Below, in pieces: positions 37,231-45,635 of a stretch of 52,143 bases of DNA. The notes under the pieces are model-generated. The model was not told the origin of the DNA. It saw only the letters and a program-made list of their open reading frames with translations, and did no database searches. The stretch comes from a virus. Lineage: Duplodnaviria > Caudoviricetes. Within the stretch, counting starts at the first letter, position 1, and each line of letters begins with the position of its first letter. The stretch lies in the IMG/VR virus record IMGVR_UViG_3300048851_000225, positions 1 through 52,143 of that record; one strand, given 5' to 3'. The position numbers and the translations under genes are program-made.

Positions 37231-37976
37231 GCCGCGACTGCAAAGCTAACCAACAGAGATTCCGGCACATCTACCCCAGATTCGCCGACGAGTTGTGCCA
37301 GTTCCAAGTTAGCTTGCGCAACCTCGCTGACGTCGGTGCCGAGCAAGTAAGTGATGTGCATCAGATCGCCATCTTTGCCGCTACGAACTGCCAGCTGCGG
37401 CGCATCACCGACGAACATGAGCCCGTGCTCTCTCATCACCCGGCCGGCCAAGTCTGTGAGGGCCATGATGTCCGAGTCGTTAAAGCGTGTCCGCACCATG
37501 AACTCCTCCGCCTCTTGCATCAAAGCCAAAGGGAACTCGCTCGAGACTTCAATATGAGCGTCGACGCTTTGGCGATAAAACTTCATCACACATTGGACAG
37601 CAATCTTGCTCACCGCCAAGTAGGAGAAGCGGCTGAAATCGCCAGGTGCGAGCACGTGCTCGAGCTCGGCATAAGCGCGAGAAAAGTACCCCAAATTCCC
37701 GTACGCAATGATCTTGTGCCCAGCGACGTCAGCCGAATGGCCCAACCTCTCAGCCTTGGCCAAGTTAGCTTCGGCATCATCCAAGTCCCCGCACGCCTGA
37801 GCAACCAGCGCTAGATGGAGGTAAGCGGCTTGGGCGTCCGACTTAAGCAGCTTCTCGCACTCTCTGGTCGCCTGCCTTATCTGCATGCTGTCCCTGCTCC
37901 AAAGCCTAGGAGCATTGAGGAGGGCGTTCACCCGGGCAGTAACCTCATTTGCGATAGTGACTTTGGCAACGGACAT
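37227..37976 (-). CDS. TPR-like helical protein coupled to HEPN (249 aa)
   Basis: AYLHLALVAQACGDLDDAEANLAKA and AYGNLGYFSRA TPR-like helices; ATGA overlap with HEPN. Confidence 0.7.
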   Translation of the reverse strand: MSVAKVTIANEVTARVNALLNAPRLWSRDSMQIRQATRECEKLLKSDAQAAYLHLALVAQACGDLDDAEANLAKAERLGHSADVAGHKIIAYGNLGYFSRAYAELEHVLAPGDFSRFSYLAVSKIAVQCVMKFYRQSVDAHIEVSSEFPLALMQEAEEFMVRTRFNDSDIMALTDLAGRVMREHGLMFVGDAPQLAVRSGKDGDLMHITYLLGTDVSEVAQANLELAQLVGESGVDVPESLLVSFAVAA

Positions 37977-38519
37977 CAATGAACAAGCGCACCCTGGTGA
38001 GTTCAATACGATGCACGCAGAGCAATCACGCAACTCGATGCGCGGCCCACGTGCTCGGTCAGGCTCGCAGGACTCATTCCTGCAACTCGATTGCTATTGA
38101 CACGTCGGTCAACAACTGTTGGGCGAAGCGTACCGCAAATTTGAGGCACGAAGTGTTCACAACGTAAATTTCCCGATCCGTCTAAACGGCGTCGCGAAGG
38201 TGCGACTGAACCACGCAAAGCCGCGTAGATCCTAGCAATCGCGGCGACGAAAACGTCGCACTGATCATTACCTGTCTCCATCAGATGGAGTCAGAAGCCG
38301 ATTTTGCAAATGATTTCAGTGCGTGAGGCGTATTAGCTGCCCAACGGTCAAAGTCGACCGTAAGAGCTATATCGGCATCCCTGCCCCTGGACTTGAGGGC
38401 GCATCTAATGTGTGAGGCGAAGCGCCACCCTCAGGCGGCTTTTCTTTGGGCGCTCAAAAAACGTCGGGTCTGAAGTCCCCTCAGGGCGTCGGAACCAAGC
38501 CACTGCTTCGTTCTTTTTT

Positions 38520-38561
38520 ATTAGTCCGGCTGTTGACACGCCCAAGCAGTCGGACTAATAT
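38520..38561 (+). promoter_or_regulatory. OL operators with pL
   Basis: ATTAGTCCGGCTGTT (38520) and AGCAGTCGGACTAAT (38545) match OR; TTGACA-17-TAATAT. Confidence 0.88.
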
Positions 38562-38644
38562 TTCTTCATCGCAGCAAACAACTGCGCCGCAAGACCCCTC
38601 GGCCCCGCAACCCATGCGGGAGGACGTATCCGCGACGAACACGG

Positions 38645-39097
38645 GTGGGGATGGGAAAGGAGAAAGAAGTGGAACGGTTCTGGGCAAAGGTGGACAAGAC
38701 CGGCGCGTGTTGGGAGTGGACGGCAGCCAAGGATTCATGGGGCTACGGACGATTCAGCATCGACGGGAAGCTCTACGGAGCGCACCGCGTTTCCTGGGAA
38801 TTGGCCTACGGCGATCTCCCCGACGACATGTCGGTTCTGCACCGCTGCGACAACCGCAAGTGCGTGAACCCTGGGCATCTCTTCCTGGGAACTCACCAGG
38901 AAAACATGCTGGACATGAAGTTGAAGAAAAGAAGCCGGTCCGGAGAAAGCGCACACCACGCCAAGCTCGGGCCGGCCTCGGTGGAGGAGATCCGATCACT
39001 CGCGGCGACGGGAGTGCTGCAGCGGGATTTGGCGCTGAAGTTCGGCGTCAGCACCCGTCAGATTCGCCGGATCTTGAGCAAGGAGAACTGGGCCTGA
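38645..39097 (+). CDS. HNH endonuclease with C-terminal HTH
   Basis: RFWAKV..CWEW..GYG..AHRVSW..VLHRCDN..CVNP.HL..GT..EN; LALKFGVS. Confidence 0.9.
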   Translation: MGMGKEKEVERFWAKVDKTGACWEWTAAKDSWGYGRFSIDGKLYGAHRVSWELAYGDLPDDMSVLHRCDNRKCVNPGHLFLGTHQENMLDMKLKKRSRSGESAHHAKLGPASVEEIRSLAATGVLQRDLALKFGVSTRQIRRILSKENWA

Positions 39098-39123
39098 GCC
39101 TGGTTCGAAGCAAGACGCAAGAC

Positions 39124-39134
39124 CGCTCCTTAAC
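39124..39134 (+). promoter_or_regulatory. boxA-like element followed by a hairpin
   Basis: CGCTCCTTAAC resembles lambdoid/rrn boxA; GCCGG-tagaa-CCGGC hairpin follows. Confidence 0.5.
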
Positions 39135-39336
39135 CATCGGCGCGCCGGTAGAACCGGCCGCCAACGATCCGATAAACAGTGCGCCCATGCATCGCATGAG
39201 ACTGCGCGCCAGCCCGACTCCCCTGGGGCTGAAGACAAACCAGGGCAATCCGTCAGGAACCGGAACGCTGCGCTCAATGAGGAGCGCGTATCGGCCTGGC
39301 GGGGACCGCGAGAGCGGCGCCTATCGAATGGGGGCG

Positions 39337-39431
39337 AGATACCCGAGTGCATCCGTTGACGTGGGACGCCAAGCCCACGGTGCACTGAGACGAGACGATT
39401 CGGCTGCTGGATACGGCAGCCGGCATCTACC
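39337..39431 (+). ncRNA. tRNA-like RNA unit 1
   Basis: AGATACC/GGCATCT acceptor-like stem (1 mismatch) stacked on GGCTGC/GCAGCC, then ACC. Confidence 0.4.
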
Positions 39432-39472
39432 GCCGCCCTGATGGCAGGACGGCGATTCATGCGGAGAAAGAT

Positions 39473-39748
39473 GTGGAGATCAACCAGTTGAAGCAGGTGA
39501 AGGTCGACGCCAAGACCCTGAAGATCCACTGCAAGGTCAGCGACCGCTTCACGTATGCGATCGAAGACGCGCAGGGCCAGACGATCCACGAACAAGACGA
39601 CGGCTACGTGCCGGACTTCATGCCCGGCGAACACTACGGCGACTACGTGATTCTGGACATCGATCTGGACACCGGCGTCGTGAAGAACTGGAAGGCGCCG
39701 ACGGCCGCGCAGATCGAGCAGGCCATCAAACCGCAAGACGACGACTGA
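39473..39748 (+). CDS. Acidic hypothetical phage protein
   Basis: KVSDRF...GYVPDFMPGEHYGDYVILDIDLDTG..NWK; GGAG SD. Confidence 0.8.
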   Translation: MEINQLKQVKVDAKTLKIHCKVSDRFTYAIEDAQGQTIHEQDDGYVPDFMPGEHYGDYVILDIDLDTGVVKNWKAPTAAQIEQAIKPQDDD

Positions 39749-39860
39749 ACGACCTGTCCTGCCCCGCCGGCAGGGCCATCACACATGCGCCTGGATAGAC
39801 ACTCGCATAGAACCTTGCCCGGAAGGCATCCCCTACTCACACAGGGCCGGGCGCAGTTGT

Positions 39861-39980
39861 GATGGTGAGCAAGACGCGCAGGCGATGCGCACGGTGCCCG
39901 AAAAGGGAGAACGACCAAGCCGAGCTCAGGGGCCACGCCCCGATAGCGCAAGCCGGGATCGCTTCCGGCCGCCATCAACC
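39861..39980 (+). ncRNA. tRNA-like RNA unit 2
   Basis: 7-bp GATGGTG/CGCCATC plus 5-bp GCCGG/CCGGC arm, internal hairpins, AACC tail. Confidence 0.55.
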
Positions 39981-40001
39981 CGACCCTTCCACAGGACTGT
40001 A

Positions 40002-40094
40002 ATGGATACGACAAACTTTCCGCGCCCCACACCGACGCCCATTCATCAACCGATTCCTACTCCGATGCCGTCGCCTCGCGAACGTCGCGGGTAA
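40002..40094 (+). CDS. Pro-rich peptide (30 aa)
   Basis: CAGGA SD; MDTTNFPRPTPTPIHQPIPTPMPSPRERRG. Confidence 0.35.
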   Translation: MDTTNFPRPTPTPIHQPIPTPMPSPRERRG

Positions 40095-40210
40095 CTGACA
40101 TCAATGTGCCCTGGAATCACAAGGGCACCCTCATACCCCGGAATGCAGATTCACCGGCCGACATGTGGGATACGCATGCGGCGGAGCTTGGTCGAACAGG
40201 CGCGGGATAT

Positions 40211-40324
40211 GAGGGTGAGCAGGAAACCAGCAGGTCACCGGACTATGTAAGCCGGCCAGCCAGGAACACCACGGCGGTAAGTCGTGCCGCTGGCATACGG
40301 GTAGCCCCCGGCCACCCTCACCCA
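40211..40324 (+). ncRNA. tRNA-like RNA unit 3
   Basis: Perfect 7-bp GAGGGTG/CACCCTC plus GCTGG/CCGGC arm, ACCCA tail. Confidence 0.55.
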
Positions 40325-40358
40325 ATGCGCCCGAAGCTGCGTCCGCAAGGCCAGATCT

Positions 40359-40413
40359 GAGGGGTAGACCGCCGCAACACCCAGGCGGGCAGTCCGGTGG
40401 AAGCCCGGCCCTC
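40359..40413 (+). ncRNA. Minimal tRNA-like RNA unit 4
   Basis: GAGGG/CCCTC plus CCGG-TGGAAGC-CCGG (7-nt loop). Confidence 0.4.
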
Positions 40414-40463
40414 TTCGGTTCCGCGCCCGGCGGGTATCTCCGGGCATTCCCCTTGGAGCACCG

Positions 40464-40667
40464 ATGATCCCGCGATGGCACAGCCCATACCTCGGCGGCG
40501 TCCGCTCGACTCGCGCCGAAGCCGACTACTACGACGGGCCCGACGACGAGCCCGACCCTGACCCGGACGCACACCGCTGGCCTCGTCGAGAGGCTGCCAT
40601 CAAACGACTGACCCGCTGGCGAGAGCGCCGGGCAGCAACCCAGGAAGCAACCCATGAACTGGCTTGA
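40464..40667 (+). CDS. Hypothetical protein
   Basis: GGAG SD; first gene after the RNA cluster. Confidence 0.55.
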   Translation: MIPRWHSPYLGGVRSTRAEADYYDGPDDEPDPDPDAHRWPRREAAIKRLTRWRERRAATQEATHELA

Positions 40668-40770
40668 TACCGCAATGCTCCTGCTCGCTGCTGGCGCGCC
40701 AACGCTGATCATCTGCGCGGCCGCCGAGGTGTGGATGAATGACCGGAAGTGGACGGGAGAAAAGCGATGA
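40654..40770 (+). CDS. Small membrane peptide (38 aa, not in track)
   Basis: MNWLDTAMLLLAAGAPTLIICAAAEVW...; ATGA coupling to the next gene. Confidence 0.45.
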   Translation: MNWLDTAMLLLAAGAPTLIICAAAEVWMNDRKWTGEKR

Positions 40771-41120
40771 GCAAGCAGGCACACACCCGCGGGCCCTGGC
40801 AGCAACTGCCCGAAGAGGTCGACAAGAGCTACATCCGCATCCGTGGAACGCAGCTGGGCCGCCGCTACAAGGTGGCGAACGTGCTGACCCCAACGTACGA
40901 AGGCGCGCCCGAGCAGGAAGCCGAACAGACGAGGGCAAACGCCCACCTGATCGCTGCCGCGCCAGACCTCCTGCAAGCGCTCATTGAGGTGACTGCTTCC
41001 CTCGCATGGAACGCGCACGGCGAGTGCCGGGCGGTTCACGACGGTCCAATCATGCCTTCAAGCCAGGCGGTCGGAGTAGCCCGCGCCGCGATTGCCAAAG
41101 CGACGGGGAGCGCGCCATGA
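40767..41120 (+). CDS. Phage protein of the HTPGPW...ANARLIAAAPDLL type
   Basis: HTRGPW, ANAHLIAAAPDLLQAL, ARAAIAKATG. Confidence 0.8.
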   Translation: MSKQAHTRGPWQQLPEEVDKSYIRIRGTQLGRRYKVANVLTPTYEGAPEQEAEQTRANAHLIAAAPDLLQALIEVTASLAWNAHGECRAVHDGPIMPSSQAVGVARAAIAKATGSAP

Positions 41121-41365
41121 CCCGACTCGGCGCCACGGCAGCACTCGCGGGCATCGTTTTCTGCGCGCTGCTCACCAGCCGCTTGGACACCGACGCGGGC
41201 CTCTACCCCACCCCTGAGACGCAAGTTCAGGAAGCGGTCGCAGACATGGAGCTGCGCGCCGCTGAGAACGCCTGCGGCGGTGACGCAATCAGGACGGGCC
41301 GCGGCATCCGCTGCACCCAGGACATCAATCAGGCGCTTGTCGCCAATGCAGGAGTGACGCGATGA
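41117..41365 (+). CDS. Hypothetical protein with N-terminal TM segment
   Basis: ATGA overlaps on both sides. Confidence 0.6.
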   Translation: MTRLGATAALAGIVFCALLTSRLDTDAGLYPTPETQVQEAVADMELRAAENACGGDAIRTGRGIRCTQDINQALVANAGVTR

Positions 41366-42588
41366 GCGCGCAAGCAATCGAAGTGCTGGACGCCCCGAGC
41401 AAGATCGTCGAGCTCACGGCGGTGGAGAAAGGCTTGGCCGAACTGCGGGCCGACCTGGCCGGCGTCGAGTTCGACGTCACCACGACGGCCGGCGACAAGG
41501 CGGCCCGCGCAGCGCGCGCTCGCTGCGTGTCCATTCGCACCGGTGCCGACGGCGCGTACGAGCAGTGGAACAAGCCGATGCTGGCGAAGCAGCGCGAGAT
41601 GCGCGCCCAGGTGGCGACGATCAAGAGCGCCGTGCTCGAGATTGAGCAGCCGATCGACGCGCAGATCAAGGCGCAGGAAGCGGTGAAGGCCGCCGAAAAG
41701 GCCGAACGCGACCGCATCGAAGCCGAGAAGCTGGCGGCAGCGCAGGGACGCATCGACGCGATCAACAGCTACGCGATCCGCGCCGCGACTGCGAATGCAG
41801 CCGGCATCCAAGACCTGCACGACGAGCTGGCCGGCATCGAGCCGGACCTTGAGACGTTCGGCAACCGAGCCGGCGAGGCGATCCAGGCGCGCGACAAGGC
41901 GCTGGCAACACTGGTCGACCTGCACCGCGCAGCGGTGACGCGCGAGGAGGCTGCGCGTGTTTTGGCCGAGCAGCAAGAGCAACTGCGCCAGGCCCAGGAG
42001 GCCCAAGCCGAGCGCGAACGCGTCGCAGCTGCAGCACTGGCCGAGCAAGAGCGCGTGGCGCGCGAGGCCCGCGAGGCCGAAGCCGCTCGGATCGCCCAGC
42101 AACGCGCGGCAGAGGACGCCGAGCGCGCTGCGGCGCAGAAGCGCCTCGACGAGCAGAACGCCGCGGCCGCCGCCGAACTGAAGCGCCAGCAAGATGCACT
42201 CGAAGCCGCGCGCCGTGCTGATCAGGAACGCCGCGACGCCGAAGCCCGCGCCAAGCGCGAGGCAGAGGAAGCCGAAGCGGCCGCTCGCCAAGCCGCAATC
42301 GACGCGGAGAACGCCCGGATCGCAGCCGAACATGAAGCCGAGCGCAAGCGAGTCCAGGCCGAGGCCGACGAGAAGGCACGCATCGAGCGCCAAGCCGCCG
42401 AAGCACGCCAGCGCCAGGAAGAAGCCGAGCGCGCCGCGCGCATTGCCGCCGACACCAAGCGCCGCAACGCATCCGGCTTGATGCACACCGCCCTCACCCT
42501 CTGGCGCGCCGCCGAGCAATCTGGCGACGCCGACGAGCTGCAAGCCGCCCGCCAGCTGCGCGACGAAGCGCTGGCCGAAGCCGAATAA
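41362..42588 (+). CDS. Long coiled-coil protein (408 aa)
   Basis: FDVTTTAG..AA N-terminus; A/E/R-rich heptads. Confidence 0.8.
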   Translation: MSAQAIEVLDAPSKIVELTAVEKGLAELRADLAGVEFDVTTTAGDKAARAARARCVSIRTGADGAYEQWNKPMLAKQREMRAQVATIKSAVLEIEQPIDAQIKAQEAVKAAEKAERDRIEAEKLAAAQGRIDAINSYAIRAATANAAGIQDLHDELAGIEPDLETFGNRAGEAIQARDKALATLVDLHRAAVTREEAARVLAEQQEQLRQAQEAQAERERVAAAALAEQERVAREAREAEAARIAQQRAAEDAERAAAQKRLDEQNAAAAAELKRQQDALEAARRADQERRDAEARAKREAEEAEAAARQAAIDAENARIAAEHEAERKRVQAEADEKARIERQAAEARQRQEEAERAARIAADTKRRNASGLMHTALTLWRAAEQSGDADELQAARQLRDEALAEAE

Positions 42589-42605
42589 GCCACGAAGGAC
42601 ACGAA

Positions 42606-43346
42606 ATGAGCGAAGTGATCGAAATGCAGCGCACGGCTGTTGCCACAGCGCCGGCCACCGCAACGCCGGCGGACCTGCTGCGCATCGCCGTGGAAGGCGG
42701 CGCCGACCTCGATAAGCTGGAGCGACTGATGGCGCTGCAGGAGCGCTGGGAAGCGCAACAGGCGAAGCGCGCCTACGACCAGGCCTTCGCCGCTTTCAAG
42801 GCCGAAGCCGTCACCATCATCAAGGGTCGCAACGTGACCGACGGCCCGCTCAAGGGCAAGAGCTACGCGGAACTGCACGACGTGGTGAACGCCGTGACAC
42901 CCGCACTCTCGCGTCATGGCCTGTCCTCGTCGTGGAAGCTCACGAAGGACGAGAAGGACTGGATGGAGGTCACCTGCTATGTCCGCCACGTTGGCGGCCA
43001 CCAGGAATCGGTGTCGATGGGCGGCCCGCCGGACACCGGCGGCGCGAAGAACGCCATTCAGGCGCGCGCCAGCACGAAGACCTACCTCGAGCGCTACACG
43101 CTCAAGGCCATCACCGGGCTGTCCGAGCAGAGCGACGACTCCGACGGCAACACGCCCAAGGTCGATGCCCTCCTCGACTGGATCGCGAAAGTCGACGAGT
43201 CGCAGAGCGAGGATGACCTCCGCGCGACCTCGAAGGCGGGCTCGAAGTACTTCCAAGTCACCAAGAACCGCGACGGCTACGCCAAGTTTGTAGCCGCCGT
43301 CCAGGCGCGCGGCGCCGCGCTGAAGAAGAGAGCCCAACATGGCTGA
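42606..43346 (+). CDS. ERF-family single-strand annealing protein
   Basis: LDKLERLM, YAEL.DV...LSRHGL, KNAIQA..S..TY..RYTL..I.GL...DDSDG. Confidence 0.85.
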   Translation: MSEVIEMQRTAVATAPATATPADLLRIAVEGGADLDKLERLMALQERWEAQQAKRAYDQAFAAFKAEAVTIIKGRNVTDGPLKGKSYAELHDVVNAVTPALSRHGLSSSWKLTKDEKDWMEVTCYVRHVGGHQESVSMGGPPDTGGAKNAIQARASTKTYLERYTLKAITGLSEQSDDSDGNTPKVDALLDWIAKVDESQSEDDLRATSKAGSKYFQVTKNRDGYAKFVAAVQARGAALKKRAQHG

Positions 43347-44001
43347 CACGCTGTTCCGCTGCTCATCGATCGGCAAGCTGATGACCGAGCCCAAGACCCA
43401 GAAGGAAGGCCCGCTGTCGGTGGGCGCGAAGACCTACATCCGCCAGCTCGCGGCGCAGGAGATCTTCGGCGTCGACTTCGAGATTTCCAGCAAGCACATC
43501 GAGAAGGGCCTGCAGGTCGAGCCGGAGTCGATCGCATTGCTCAACCGGGTGCGCGGCCTGGGCCTGGAAAAGAACGCCGAGCGGCGCAGCAACGGACTGA
43601 TCACCGGCGAGTGTGACCTGTTCGACGCTGGCCGGCGCCGCGGCCACGATCTGAAATCGTCATGGTCGATCGCCACCTTCCCCATCGCGGTCGCTGATTG
43701 CGAGGACAAGCTCTACGAATGGCAGATGCGCGGCTACATGGCTCTGTGGGATGCGGACGAGTGGGAGGTGAACTACGCGCTCGTAGACACTCCCGAGAAG
43801 CTGATCGGCTACGAGCCATTCCAGCTGCACGTCGTGTCGCACATCCCCGAGCCGCTGCGGCTCACGACCTGGCGCATCACGCGCGACGCGGAGAAAGAAG
43901 CCGCGATCTTCCAGAAGGTGCTCTACGCCCGCGAGTACCTCGCCCAAGTCATCGAAGAGTTTGCCCGCACCCACCAGATCGCCGAGCCGCTCGCGGCCTG
44001 A
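43339..44001 (+). CDS. Lambda-exo/YqaJ-like exonuclease
   Basis: FRCSS.GKLM, KG..VE, TGECD, DLKSSW, YEWQMRGYM.L. Confidence 0.85.
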   Translation: MADTLFRCSSIGKLMTEPKTQKEGPLSVGAKTYIRQLAAQEIFGVDFEISSKHIEKGLQVEPESIALLNRVRGLGLEKNAERRSNGLITGECDLFDAGRRRGHDLKSSWSIATFPIAVADCEDKLYEWQMRGYMALWDADEWEVNYALVDTPEKLIGYEPFQLHVVSHIPEPLRLTTWRITRDAEKEAAIFQKVLYAREYLAQVIEEFARTHQIAEPLAA

Positions 44002-44026
44002 TCGCCAACCCACCTCTGGAGCACCC

Positions 44027-44482
44027 ATGCCCCAACTGTTCGGATTCGCGCGGCTCGGCCGCGATGCAGAACTTCGCCACACCGTCCAGGGCGACGCCGT
44101 CGCCGGCCTGGCTCTCGCCTTCAACTACGGCCGCAAGGGCGACGACGGAAACCGTCCCACACAGTGGGTCGAAGCCTCGCTGTGGGGCGCCCGCGCTGAG
44201 GCGCTGGCCGACCACCTCACCAAAGGCACAGCCCTCAGCGTCACGATCGATGACGTGCACATCGAGACGTACGAGAAGAACGGCGGCGGCCAGGGCGTGA
44301 AGCTCGTCGGGCGGGTCAGCAACCTCGAGTTCGCCGGCGGGGGTCAGCAGCAAGAGCGCCAAGCGCCGGCACAGCAGCAGCGCGCCGCGCCGCGCCCGTC
44401 AGCGCCACGGCAGGCAAACCGCCCTGCCCCGGCGCCCGCGCCGAACTTCGCCGACATGGACGACGATATTCCTTTTAATTGA
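44027..44482 (+). CDS. ssb: Single-stranded DNA-binding protein
   Basis: RLGRDAELR OB fold; acidic DDDIPF tail. Confidence 0.92.
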   Translation: MPQLFGFARLGRDAELRHTVQGDAVAGLALAFNYGRKGDDGNRPTQWVEASLWGARAEALADHLTKGTALSVTIDDVHIETYEKNGGGQGVKLVGRVSNLEFAGGGQQQERQAPAQQQRAAPRPSAPRQANRPAPAPAPNFADMDDDIPFN

Positions 44483-44494
44483 CGGGATGAGGAC

Positions 44495-44929
44495 ATGACT
44501 ACCAAAGAAATTTGGCGCCTTATCCCCTGAGTCGAAGGGCTGCTGGCATCCTCCGCGGGCCGGCTCATGGTAGTGCCACGGCTCGGCGCTCTGCCAAACG
44601 GCGGAAGCCGCCAATACGGCGGCCAGCCCACCACAGGCCAATGGGACGGCAAACGATTCCTTTACGTCCATCGAGGACAGACCTTCAAGGCGCACCGGTT
44701 GATCTGCGAGGCCTTCCACGGGCCAGCGCCGCATGGGTCTGTCTGCATGCATCTGGACGAGAACGCCGCCAACAACGCGCCTACGAACCTAGCATGGGGG
44801 ACGCAGAAGGAAAATCTCAATGCCCCCGGCTTCCTGGCGTACTGCAAAAGCAGAACGGGCGAGGCCAGCCCCTCCCGAAAGAACATCGCCGCACGGCAGG
44901 ATCGCTTAGCCAATCAACCGATGACGTAG
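44495..44929 (+). pseudogene. NUMOD4-like + HNH endonuclease with in-frame TGA at codon 12
   Basis: GAGGA SD, MTTKEIWRLIP*VEGLLASSAGR in frame with AHRLICEAFHG..CMHLDEN..NN..NL.WGT.KEN. Confidence 0.75.
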
Positions 44930-45582
44930 CGGAGAAGAGATCGATAAGAGCCCTTCAGTTCGACTTGAGCAGCCTCCAGAGCAGTCGTGGCGTCAAATAT
45001 CTCGCCGCACCATTGCTCCAGCAAATTCTGTCGCCCCTTTACTCCAACCTCTCCCGCCAGGATCGGTTCAAGCCAATGAGCCATCTGTGAGCGGGTGACC
45101 TCTAGCGACGCTAACCCGGCCGCCACATTGTCAGCGCACTCATTGGGCAGCGGGGCAAGAGCGAGCAACGCATCCAGAGGAAAACTCAACTCGATCCTCG
45201 AGTATCGCGATATCAAGCGCTCGAGCGGTTCTCGCTGGATTGGCAGGTAAGAGGGAGCGTCGTTGAGCTCCTGCAGCTCCTGGCCAATACCCACCGCGAT
45301 GTCGATTATGGGCGTCAACTTGAGCCCGATCTGTGCTGCTGACAAGCGAGCGCGTAAATAGGCATCGTCAGCCGCGGCAATCCGGGAGGATTCCTCTCGT
45401 TCGTCCTCACGCTGATGCGCACGCCCTGCTTGCCATAGGGCAGCCCAGACGGCGCCAACAGTGCCGAGTGCGGTCATCACCTCCAATATCGGCACTTGCG
45501 CAATGGCTACGGGTCGGGTGGCCAGCAACCAACCGACCACTGCGCCAGCAGCAAGGCCCACGCTGAAATCCACAGCTCTCAT
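44914..45582 (-). CDS. Membrane-anchored hypothetical protein (antisense moron)
   Basis: Two N-terminal hydrophobic segments (ALGTVGAVWAALW); start could be 45582, 45612 or 45618. Confidence 0.6.
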   Translation of the reverse strand: MRAVDFSVGLAAGAVVGWLLATRPVAIAQVPILEVMTALGTVGAVWAALWQAGRAHQREDEREESSRIAAADDAYLRARLSAAQIGLKLTPIIDIAVGIGQELQELNDAPSYLPIQREPLERLISRYSRIELSFPLDALLALAPLPNECADNVAAGLASLEVTRSQMAHWLEPILAGEVGVKGRQNLLEQWCGEIFDATTALEAAQVELKGSYRSLLRYVIG

Positions 45583-45635
45583 CGCCGCTCCCAAGTAGAC
45601 GCGGCCAATCATACTCATCCCCCAAGGAGTTGCCG

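Noticed and set aside
38446-39441. 331-aa ORF spanning pL
   Set aside because: Starts upstream of the promoter, overlaps the HNH gene in another frame and has no motifs
39100-40460. Canonical tRNA genes, CRISPR array or group I/II intron
   Set aside because: No TTCGA T-loop or anticodon arm, no identical repeats with spacers, and no recognisable intron core
41900-42460. Repetitive gccga-rich DNA
   Set aside because: Explained by A/E/R coiled-coil coding
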